From positions 20,522,001 through 20,586,000 of the forward strand of contig JBHGNT010000009.1 of assembly GCA_043228905.1 (NCBI GenBank): a stretch of DNA of 64,000 bases, written 5' to 3'. This stretch comes from Azolla caroliniana (taxonomy: Eukaryota; Plantae; Polypodiophyta). The number at the start of each line of letters is the position of its first letter. Position 1 is the stretch's first letter. Under the pieces are notes generated by a model that saw only the letters and a program-made list of their open reading frames with translations, did no database searches and was not told where the DNA came from. Below, piece after piece: positions 54,801-64,000 of this stretch. The position numbers and the translations under genes are program-made.

Positions 54801-57548
54801 GAATGACGGGCGGTGGCGGCGGCAAGGCGGGCAAACAAGATGACGCGGAGAACGGCGAAGAAGAGGTGGTGGCAAGCATACTAGAGGCTTACGGAATCGG
54901 AGATGGGGGAGCCGCGGACAACGACGTCCGAACGAAAGCGGCTACGGAGACAACAAGCGGCGGTGCCGGGTCCTTACCCACACCAATCCTAGAGGCTCCA
55001 ATGGCCGGCCCGAGTGCCGGCATGAGGCTTAGTGTGACGGGAGGTGACGGCGGCAAGGCGGGCAACGGAAACGAGAAGGAAGATTGGAGCGGACGGAGGC
55101 AAGACCCCTTGACACCGGGGCCGGAGACTTCGGCGGTTGTGCTCGAATGCCAACGTGAGACCGGAGAGATGGGCGGTGACCGTGAGGAGGTGAGGCCCGG
55201 AGAGAGCGCATACGAAGACGAGTATGCGGGGCCCGGAATGGGCGTATACGGTGGGTCCGACGGAGAGGACCGGAGCGGAAACGAGGAGAGAGTCGGGAAC
55301 CGACCCGACCGGAATACGGCACGGAAGAAGAAGAGAGTAAGGGCCGGCGAACCGGGCCCAAACCGAAGGAAGCCGGCGAGACCGATTGGCCGGTTACGAT
55401 TACGACTACGGTTACGGTTACGGTGGGAGCCGGTAAGCGCGAGATGGAGGCTAACCGGGCACGAAGACCATGGTTCGGGGGAAAAACGGAAACAAACGAG
55501 ACCCTCCATACCCACTCTAGAGACTACGGCGGTTGCGGATCAACATAAGACCGGAGAGACGGCGGGTGGCGGCGAGGAGTCGGAGGCCGAAGCGTACGAG
55601 GTTACCGGAACGGATATCCGGTACGAGATGGTGGACGGGTGGGTCCAAGACGGCGAGCCCGTGTCGGGACGGGCTACGGCGACAAAGGAGGAGAAGACCG
55701 ACACGGAGGTCGGGTCTACGGCGGAAGAGCGAGACGAGATGCATGCAATACGGCCGATGGAGGGCCAAGACACAAGCATGCCTACGAAGGAGCCACATCG
55801 AGCGACCGAAGATGACGGTCGGATCACGCCTTCGAGAGGCGAATACGAGGAGGAAGGCGGCGACGAAAAGACCTGGCACGATGCTAGGGAAGATTGGTGG
55901 GAAGAGGTGGACTACGGAGAGGCTAAGACCGGCGGCCACGAAGATAAGGCCCGAGAGGGATCCTCCACACCGGCTATAGAGACTCCGGCGGTCGGCGCGA
56001 GTGCCGACGTGAGACCAAGAGTGGCAGACGGTGGCGGCGAGGGGACGAAGGCCACAACGGATGAAGGCACCGAGAGAGGCATACGGGAGGTCGCGGAGAA
56101 CGAAGATGTATGCGCCCAAAAGAACGAACACGACATCACGAAGGATGTGTGCGGTCGAGCGGGCCAAGAGGGCCAAGAGGGTGTTCCTCCGAGCGAAACG
56201 GAGGTCGGGGAAGAAAGGTACCTTTCCGAAAGGGTACGCGAAGAGGAGCGGAATGCGAAACGTGCAATGCGTCCGCATGAGGGCCAAGCAACGAGCACGG
56301 GAACGATGGTATGCTCTACGGCGAGAGAGCATGGCAAGCAAAGGGAAGGCGAAAAATGCGTGATGGGGTCATCGAAGGACCGAAGCACGAGCACGCATTC
56401 GGAAAGCCTACGGAAGGCAAGCGCGGAGCGAGAAGAGTCGGCACGACGAGGTGCGCAGCACGAAAAAGGCGGATCCGGAGGATATGCGAGGCGGACAAAG
56501 GGTCGGCAACGGCGTTCGGGAGGACCGATCGGGGAAGAAAGCGCGGGCATCGGAAACGGCGGTCCGGATGAAGACGGTGGTTCGAGGAAACACGGTGGAC
56601 GTGGCGGATCGGGTGGAGGCAACGACTCGGCGAACGTCGTCAAGTGTGGCGGATCGGATGGAGCCGACGGTTCGAGACCATTCGGCGGAGATGGTGGGCC
56701 GGAAGGCGACGGTGGTTCGTGTGGACGGGGTGGACTTGCTCGAAGTGGAAGACTAAGCCGGGCAAGCCCACGAGGATGTCAAGGGCTCGGTTGGCCGCCT
56801 TGGCCGAAAATCTCGCGTTTTGTTCCCCTTTTGGCACATACCGGTGGATGTGCGGTTAGGTGGGGGCGGATGTCGTGAAGATTTTCGTCCATAGGCGGAA
56901 AACCGAGCGAAGTAAGCAAACCCGCGATGTGCAACGTTGCACATCAAGATGTTGTATTTCTATTTGTCGATAGTGGTAAGTGTGGTGCTAGAAATGCACC
57001 TTAGGATTTGTAAAGTGTAAAGGTGATGTGCTTTTGCGCGCACATCCACGTGAGAGAGAGAGATAGGTACATAGTAGTTCGTGTAGAGGTGGGAGTTAAG
57101 ACCCATCCTTCCCACCTCCCCTAAAATCAAGGGAAATATCCCCATTGATTGAAAGGGGATATTTTGTAGCACCTTTATGTAACGGTCTTCCCTCCTTGTG
57201 CTATAAAGGGAGAGGAAGAGCACCATTGTGGGGGTTGCCTTATTTTGAGTGTGAGTGAGGTATACCATTTCGTTTAGGGTTCCTTAGTTAGGGTTTCTTT
57301 TCTTCTTCGTCGGATTAGGGTTTTCGGGTTTATCATAGTCGTTCGGTGCGGCCTACGCGGCCGCCATTTTGTAATCGGTTTCGTTTCTAATATATCTTGT
57401 TGAGCATTTGGCCTCCATCTTCCTCTTGTTCATTCTTCCTCTTCTTGTGCTAAGCTCCATTTCGAAGTCCTATTCCTTCTCCCCTTCTCCTTAGTCCGAG
57501 ACCCCCGTGGTTCCGCCCTTCTCCACGCACGCGCGTAACAACGCGACA
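51896..57548 (+). mobile_element. Element F: non-autonomous Gag-only LTR element, 5653 bp. LTRs 51896-52573 and 56871-57548 (678 bp); TSD CCGT.
   Basis: LTRs identical by eye; CCGT at 51892-51895 and 57549-57552; Trp PBS; PPT GGTTAGGTGGGGGCGGA as in A and B; no pol motifs. Confidence 0.95.
52616..56878 (+). CDS. 1420-aa protein: Gag N-terminal domain fused to an acidic Gly/Glu/Ala-rich repetitive tail
   Basis: AVERVVRLVGRFDGKEVPNFLRAYDAEM aligns with B Gag AIEAVVGTIGRFDGKDATKYLASYGAEM; FREFERRFSQLS aligns with LREFEENFARLS; about 7 ATFH...GPSA...GGGGKAG repeats. Confidence 0.88.
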   Translation: MEEGFDFEEMMTKILMDAGRKRARREAAQQAVERVVRLVGRFDGKEVPNFLRAYDAEMTGMGVDEATRLEFFRRAAAASKYEEVKELQEAHESWESFEGALMEAYGCAESEVRGRREFDRWVASARRHRSAMEAFREFERRFSQLSEWERRSVGADKVLLFLKTVHHEERMDITFELQDDYGAHGLTEEWPEVEWVCRQHEARRSATTRPASGGEERATTNYAMPPDESSSRTGLEGLDLQALIREACGLVITKIEAEEWLIAGSGPSGSEDAEEGASSHMEDGAYAEAEREWYIGTTGEGAERAALSTWGERTTEDEVGDGEAAIADSSGHGGFGTWWPESSSTEETSGGTATFHAPVQETPAAGPSARVRPREKHGGGGKAGNRDNGKETAEEAAASITDACIYGGGVATDNDVRAEVATDITSTSGGPATLHASFLEITAAGPSARVRPMVKGGGGGKAGDHGVDTREGAEQATVSSRGKRTAMDEADIYGAMDATSRVGGSFGTRLPETFYEDFASILEACEMEEEDETSDGVATFHTPALEASAVGPSAGTRLRATGGGGGKADNRDEDETGEEEAAASILDACETEDGVATDDDVRMEVATDERSGGVATFHTPVLETPAPGPRAGERPRVTDGGGGKAGNRNDDDMGEGAERATLSSCGEWTAKDEAGDYKAESATSKVGGRFGARRPKTSSGEEARGGAATFHAPALEASAVGPSAGTRPRMTGGGGGKAGKQDDAENGEEEVVASILEAYGIGDGGAADNDVRTKAATETTSGGAGSLPTPILEAPMAGPSAGMRLSVTGGDGGKAGNGNEKEDWSGRRQDPLTPGPETSAVVLECQRETGEMGGDREEVRPGESAYEDEYAGPGMGVYGGSDGEDRSGNEERVGNRPDRNTARKKKRVRAGEPGPNRRKPARPIGRLRLRLRLRLRWEPVSARWRLTGHEDHGSGEKRKQTRPSIPTLETTAVADQHKTGETAGGGEESEAEAYEVTGTDIRYEMVDGWVQDGEPVSGRATATKEEKTDTEVGSTAEERDEMHAIRPMEGQDTSMPTKEPHRATEDDGRITPSRGEYEEEGGDEKTWHDAREDWWEEVDYGEAKTGGHEDKAREGSSTPAIETPAVGASADVRPRVADGGGEGTKATTDEGTERGIREVAENEDVCAQKNEHDITKDVCGRAGQEGQEGVPPSETEVGEERYLSERVREEERNAKRAMRPHEGQATSTGTMVCSTAREHGKQREGEKCVMGSSKDRSTSTHSESLRKASAEREESARRGAQHEKGGSGGYARRTKGRQRRSGGPIGEESAGIGNGGPDEDGGSRKHGGRGGSGGGNDSANVVKCGGSDGADGSRPFGGDGGPEGDGGSCGRGGLARSGRLSRASPRGCQGLGWPPWPKISRFVPLLAHTGGCAVRWGRMS

Positions 57549-60099
57549 CCGTGCCCGCGCTCCACCTTTCTGTTAGCCTCCGGATTGTACGCCGTGGTGA
57601 GCGAGAGTTTAATTCCTAGTCGGTCAAACAACTCTTCCGCCTCTTGCACGTCCAATTCCCCGCGGTCGGCCACGATGTTACCTACGCACCCGTACCGGCA
57701 TACCACTTCTTCGATCAGAAATCGGCACACGGCCACAGTCATTTTGCTCTGCAACGCTCGGCCTTGCACCTAGTTCGTCAGGTCCTCTCGAGCCATCACC
57801 AGATACCGCATCTGCCCTACCCCCATCAACATCATCACCAGATCCACCATCCACTTGAAGTGGACGGTCAGAGGGTAGGTCAGGTGGAGCTCGTCCCTAT
57901 GTCGGACTATGGAGTGCACCTGACAGCTTTCGCAAGTTGTTAAGAACCGATGCACGTCCTGATATAATCCCGGCCATGAGTACTTCCCCTTTAGCCTAGG
58001 GACTCTCGTGGTATGCCGTCAACAACTCTTCATGTTCCTCTTTCTTCGCCACCACTTGGAGCGGGATGCCGTCTCTCTTCTTCGGGTGCTTCCATATGCT
58101 GCCGTGCCGTAGAAAGAATCAATACGCTTTCTTCCGAATCCGGTTGGCCTCTTCCTTCGTCCACGCCGCATCCGGTGTCATTGTCTTCAGGAACCCGCTG
58201 ATCTGGAGCCACTCCCCGTCGTACTTGCTTTTGTCGAATTCGTTAAGCGTTGGGGTGCTCCCCTTCCCTGTTGTTACGTTGGCTGACCCGAAGAAATCCT
58301 CGCCGACTTCCTCGTTATCCGAAACCATGCCATCCTCGTCACTGAACCGCACCCTTGAAAGCATATCGGCCATGGCATTATCTTTCCCGGAGATGTGTTG
58401 TATCTCCAGGTTCAGGGACTTGATGAACGCGATCCACCTGAGCATCGCCAAGTCTGGAGTCGTGCATCTAGAGACCATACCTAGAATCGGTAGGTAGTCC
58501 CTCTCGATGATCACTTCCGTCACGATCAGATAGTCCTTGTCGGCCTTGATTTCCGAAACGACACCCCACAGCTTGCGCTTAACTTGGGTATATCCTCGCT
58601 GCCGCTCGCTCAATACCTTCGCCCCAAGCCGTATCGGGAACCGTACGCGGTCCTTGTCCTCCTGACTGATCACCCACCCGATCCCAGTCGAGCTCGTGTC
58701 CACCGTCACATAGATGGGGACTTTCTTGCCGTAAACCGCTTTCTGGAGAGCCGGTGCCGCAACAAGCGCCTCCTTCAGCCTCCGGACCAACTCCGTGTGC
58801 TCCGTCCTCCACTCAAACCTACGCCCTTTCTTCAATAGCCCGTAGAGCGGTTCTGCAACATGTGCGTAGTGCGGAATCCAGATGTGGTAGAACGCGCACG
58901 CACCCAAGAACCTGCGGATCTCCGTAACCGACCCACAATCGTCCTTCATCACGGAGATGGCTTCTACCTTTGTCAGGGACGGTTTCCGGCCATAGGGCCC
59001 GCACAGGTGTCCGACTACTAGTATCTCCGACTGTCCGAATGCTGATTTTTCTCCGAGGAGGGTGAGCCGCGCGCTCTCGAGTCTTTGTAGCACCTTCTCA
59101 CAGTCGCGGATGTGATCCGTCACGAACCTCCGGCAACCGTTGGGCCTGACCGACTCGTCCTTGTCCTCCACAGTACATCCTTTGATCGGGATGTCGTCTA
59201 GAAACGACATGGTGATGTCCGGGATGCAGTCCCTCAACACCTTGTTCATCGCATTCACCATGTGCGCCACCGAGTTCGTTCCTCCTTGCGGCAGGGTACA
59301 CATCCGAACTAGGCCGAGAGGAGTCCGCATCGTCGTGACATCCCTGCTCTCTACGGCTAGCTGGAACTGATCGTAGCCTAAGTACAGGTCCCCGACCGAG
59401 TAGATCGACCTCCCTGCGAAGGCCTCCGCGAACTCATCGATGGTCGGTCCGATACCTGCGTTTCGAATGGTCACCTTGTTGACCGGCTGTAGGTTCTGTA
59501 TGAAGCGCAGTGTGCCGTAAACCACCAATTCGAATATGGGGCACTCGACGGCTCGAGGATGCCCATCTCCACCTTCAGTTTCAGCAGCTCCATCAGCTTC
59601 GGGATGTGAGCTCTGGGTACCGGAATCGGTTTGAGACTCCATGACACATGCGGTACCGTGAAGATCACCATTGGTTCCACAACCTTCGGGCCTATGCACC
59701 CAATCTCCTCCGGTGAGAATGCGAAAGCCTTCCCGTGCCTCCCGAGCATTCTCCTAAACCTCCGGTATCGGAGAACCAAAATTTTCTACCTATGGTACAA
59801 GTGTTTTTGCCTACAGTACATTTGTGGGGGGGTCGAAGCATGCTACGGTGTACCAACTTTTGGCCAAAAATTTAGTACTAAATCGAAGAAGAAAATAAAC
59901 ATTAAAAATTGTAAATAAGTTTCAAAAAACAAAAAACAAATTCATTACGTCACACTCGAATGCACAAAGATATTGTACGTCACACTCGAAATGTCCCTAG
60001 GCCATATTTAATACATTAATTGTTGCCCCAGTCTCCTAGGTAGAGTTGTACGAAAGCACACCTGGAGAAGGTATCCATTGTGACAGTTGGTCAGTCTCA

Positions 60100-60169
60100 G
60101 TATCTCTCTCTCTCTCTCTCTCTGGTATGGGTAGTCGAACGTGTCAAATGGTATGTCTCTCTCTCTCAC

Positions 60170-60220
<51 letters not shown>
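60100..60220. repeat. (CT)n microsatellites, possibly in a 5' UTR or promoter
   Basis: Direct reading. Confidence 0.9.
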
Positions 60221-60221
<1 letters not shown>

Positions 60222-60511
60222 GTCTCGAAGTTGTCAGACAGACAGTGGCAGAAAGTTAAAGAAAGACGACATATATATTACAGGTCTATCTCTCTGTTTC
60301 TTTCTTTCACTCCACCTTCGATTCTTTCTGTTTTTTTCTTTCAAAGCTCTGTTTCTTTCTTTCTTTCTGTTTCTCTCTCTCACTCCACCTTCGATGCTCT
60401 GTTTCCCCGCGTAGCTGTTCTTGTGTTCCCCTCTGTGCCAGGTTCGATCTCTGAACGCAGAGATTTTTGTTTCCCCTGCTCGTTGTATGTGTTGTTGATT
60501 TTCCTTCCTTG

Positions 60512-60803
60512 TGTATGCTCGTTTGTTTCCTCTGTCTATGCTCGTTTGTCTCCTCTGCAGCAGCCTCGTTTGTCGAAATCAACACGGTCTGGTACCTCTG
60601 CAAGTTGTACAACCTCCAGGTATTCTCTGTGTTGCATGCCCAATACTCAATGTTTTCTTTTTCTGAATGTTTCCTGTCTGTCTGTATGCTCGTTTGTTTC
60701 CTCTGTCTATGCTCGTTTGTCTCCTCTGCAGCAGCCTCGTTTGTCGAAATCAACACGGTCTGGTACCTCTGCAAGTTGTACAACCTCCAGGTATTCTCTG
60801 TGT
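60512..60803 (+). repeat. Direct duplication (171-bp period) containing a 59-bp exon-like unit
   Basis: CTGCAG|CAGCCTCG...CTCCAG|GTATTC at 60561-60619 and 60732-60790. Confidence 0.85.
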
Positions 60804-61341
60804 TTTTGTTTTCTCTGTGTTTCTCTGTGTTCCTTTTAAAAATGTATGAAAATATTTTGATCGAGGTGGTTGTGTGTTAGACATGTTTGTACATGCAACG
60901 TAAATGGAGTTGGCTATGATGAGTTGCTATGTTTTCGTTTTGTTCTTGTTTCTTGTCCATCTGTTTTATTTTGTGTGAGTTTGACATGGATGAGTGTTTT
61001 TCCGACTATTTTGGGTTTTTGTGTGTTTGACATGGCTTGTACGTGGGATGTGATGGAGTTGGCTATGATGATTTACAATGTTTTCGTTGGCTTGTGATGG
61101 AGTTGGCTTGTGTGTTTTACGATGTGATGGAGTTGGCTTGTACATGCGATGCGATGATTTACAATGATTTACAATGATGGAGTTGGCTATGATGATTTAC
61201 AATGATGGAGTTGGCTATGATGATTTACAATGGAGTTTTTTTCCGACTATTTAGGGTTATTGTGTGTTTGACATGGTTTGTACATGCAATGAGATGATTT
61301 GCTATGTGTTGATGGTAATTGCTTGAGTTTTCTTCTAGTAC

Positions 61342-62674
61342 ATGCATATTCATTCCCTGAGAATTGTGTTGACTAGGACAATGACGAGAAGGACACCCAT
61401 AAAGAAGACATTGATGAAAGAGAAAGTGAAGACACCAGTGAAGGAAGGAAGAAGGACACCCATGAAAGAAAGCAAGAAGACACCCACAAGAGAAAGGGTG
61501 ATGAATTCATCAACACAGAGAAAGAAGATGTACCACTCCATCAGTCGAGACACACCTCTTGGATGGAATTATTTCCTTCGAGCACGACCTGACGTGTATC
61601 CAGAGCTGAGAGAGTGGTTGTTGAAAACCTGGGGGTCAGCACATCCCGACACAAGGCGAGGATTCCACATAAGTGGTTTGAAGAGGGAATACATGAATTT
61701 ATTGAAGACGAGATACGAACATGTTTATGATACAAATCAAATCACTAACAATGAGGTGGGTACTGTTTTTGCACGTGCTTTTGCATGTGAAGTTCAAGGT
61801 GGCATTGACGTAAATTGGGAAGATTTTAATCGGCACCGGTCAGAACATTACAAAGGGTCCTCCAGTACCAACACTGGCTTGAAGTCATCTGGAACCTCTC
61901 ATGTGGATATTCTAGCTATAACACCTATCCACCAAGTTCTAGAGGCAAAGGTACGGGCCACAATGACTGAAAAGCATGAACAGATGATGGCCGGTTGCAT
62001 AGCTTCTATGAGCTCAAGAATACAAACACTACTTGCTGATTTGGAAGCAGTTAAATCAGCTGAGATACAGGCAGAAAAGAAATTTTCTTCAATAAAAACT
62101 ACATATGAATGGATTGCATCGACAATCCAAAATTCAGAAAGTGAGGTCTTGAAAGAGGAGTTGAAGAAAGAGCTAAACAATATGGGCACTCAATTAGGTT
62201 CACAGATGAGAGACCTTGATACTTGCAGGAATGCACATGAAGAAATAGATAATAAGTTGTCAGCCTTAAAGTTGCATTCTGAGAACCTTGCATGCTTGAT
62301 GCAGGATTTAAAACAAAATGGTTTTGATACTTTGTGTCCATCTGTAATTGAGCACCCAAGTGGTATAGAAAGTACCATTATTAGTATAGCTATATCACGG
62401 TATTGGCTTTACAAGTTATTTATTTCTACTTCTTTGGTATAAATAAGTGAGCAACTAATATATTATAACTTGTGTTTGCAATCTTCCAGGTGTATATTTT
62501 GTGGCCTTGGATTCAAGCTGGAGGCTATGGATGTTGTGATTACACCATGCTTGCACACATATCATGTGCTATGTGCTAAGTATCATTTTGAGAAAGAGAA
62601 TACATGTATGGACTGTAAAACTACAATTGCGGCTGAGTGGTACTATGCTTGGGGTTTAAAAGTACACCCGTACG
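61342..62674 (+). CDS. Putative coiled-coil + RING-H2 protein; exons ~61342-62399 and 62490-62674, probably continuing beyond
   Basis: 366-aa ORF with basic TPxK repeats and a heptad-rich region. Phase-2 intron CG|GTATTG...TTCCAG|G joins it to CIFC...PCLHTYHVLC...CMDC (C3H2C3). Next donor G|GTATGT at 62675. Confidence 0.6.
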
Positions 62675-63399
62675 GTATGTGGCTCTACTATTCTATTGTT
62701 TGTATTATATGATGTCAATTAACATTTGGACTAGAACTAGTGTATGCCACAATTCATACTTCAAATTTAGTGTAATCTCTAACAACTATTATGTGGAACC
62801 CTAATTATGTGGGTTAGTATTGGCAGTACTCTTAATATATAATTGGTATGTGTAGTTGAAGGGATATTTTCCACAATTAGTAGTACTAAAAGGGAACCAG
62901 GTACAACATCGTCCAATCTATATTGCAACTTGCCTAGTATTAGTTTAGTAAACACTATACTTATAGTACATTGTTGACTGTTAAGATTGTTTGTGTAACT
63001 TGGGAATTAGTACTAGTAATGTAATTTGGGAACAAGGTGTATAGTAAATTGTTGAATAATAGTACAATTATTGTAATTTGGAAATGAGGTGTGTCAAACA
63101 CATATCACGTTTAGTACTAATACTGTTCAAGATTAATACTGTTGGTGTAATTAGTACAAGTTATGTAACTAGGTGTGTAGAAGACATATCATGTTTAGTA
63201 TTACTTGTGTGCAAAATACCAATCTACATTTGTTGGATTAGTACTTAGTAAGTACTCCATGCTTCATGAATAGTACTAGTTCTGTACTTTGTGAACTAAG
63301 TTACTAGTACATTGCTCATGATTAATACTAGTTTTGTAATTTGGGAACTGAGTAGTACTTTGTTCCTTATTAGTACTAGTTTTGTACCTTATTAGTACT

Positions 63400-64000
63400 A
63401 GATCAGTAATCTAGAAAATAAGTGAGTAGTACGAAATGAGGATTAGTACTAATTGTGTAATTTGACTAAGTCAGTGGTACATTGTTGAGTAGTACATTGT
63501 TCAGGATTAGTACTAATTGTGTAATTTGACTAAGTCAGTGGTACAATGTTCGGGATTAGTACTCCTTGTGTAATTTGCTAACTAAGTGAGTAGTATATTG
63601 TGCATGATTAGTACTACTTGTGTAAATTGGGAACTAAGTGAGCATTACGTTGTTCGGGATTAGTACTCCTTGTGTAATTAGGTAACTAAGTGAGTAGTAT
63701 ATTGTGCATGATTAGTACTACTTGTGTAAATTGGGAACTAAGTGAGCAGTACATTGTTCGGGATTAGTACTCCTTGTGTAATTTGCTAACTAAGTGAGTA
63801 GTATATTGTGCATGATTAGTACTACTTGTGTAAATTGGGAACTAAGTGAGCATTACGTTGTTCGGCATTAGTACTCCTTGTGTAATTTGCTAACTAAGTA
63901 AGTAGTATATTGTGCATGATTAGTACTACTTGTGTAAATTGGGAACTAAGTGAGCATTACGTTGTTCGGGATTAGTACTAGTTCAGTGATTTAGGAAATA
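63400..64000. repeat. Tandem array, 104-bp dimer of two ~52-bp monomers; degenerate copies extend back to ~62750
   Basis: CGG(G/C)ATTAGTACT starts at 63551, 63655, 63759, 63863 and 63967. Confidence 0.92.

Larger units (their letters stand above)
50567..59829 (-). mobile_element. Element E: older, truncated relative of A/B. 3' LTR 50567-51177; degenerate pol 51252-51895 and 57553-~59829.
   Basis: TGTCG...CACGACA LTR, PPT, pol peptides collinear with B but with stops and deletions; preceded by ACGT (50563-50566); gag and 5' LTR not in view. Confidence 0.9.

Noticed and set aside
40981-59829. Bacterial contamination or prophage suggested by high GC
   Set aside because: GC-rich segments have LTRs, PBS, PPT and TSDs joining them precisely to flanking DNA.
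60046-60880. Hydrophobic ORFs of 122-232 aa
   Set aside because: Derived from (CT)n and T-rich duplicated sequence.

Overview
Eukaryotic, land-plant-type genomic DNA (a non-seed plant such as a fern or lycophyte is my guess, low confidence). Bases 542-3917 hold nine coding exons of an E. coli-type adenylosuccinate lyase (purB). From about 6.6 to 59.8 kb there is a deep nest of LTR retrotransposons. A decayed Tnt1/Tork-like Copia contains a second Copia fragment, which contains an Athila-like Gypsy (G). G contains two GC-rich Gypsy elements, A (22561-49242) and E (50567-~59829). A contains a Copia (D) and a chromovirus (C), C contains an intact GC-rich Gypsy (B), and E contains a Gag-only LTR element (F). 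The most striking system is the GC-rich family A/B/E/F. It has a tRNA-Trp PBS, 4-bp TSDs that always read (A/C)CGT, a Gag-protease ORF with a D-H-G active site, and a predicted GGAUUUU + pseudoknot -1 frameshift into pol. Its non-autonomous partner F carries one intact 1420-aa Gag fusion with a huge acidic repetitive tail. G appears to carry a second aspartic protease in frame after integrase. The right end holds a coiled-coil/RING-H2 gene candidate and a 52/104-bp tandem array. All coordinates and alignments were read by eye; no searches were run.
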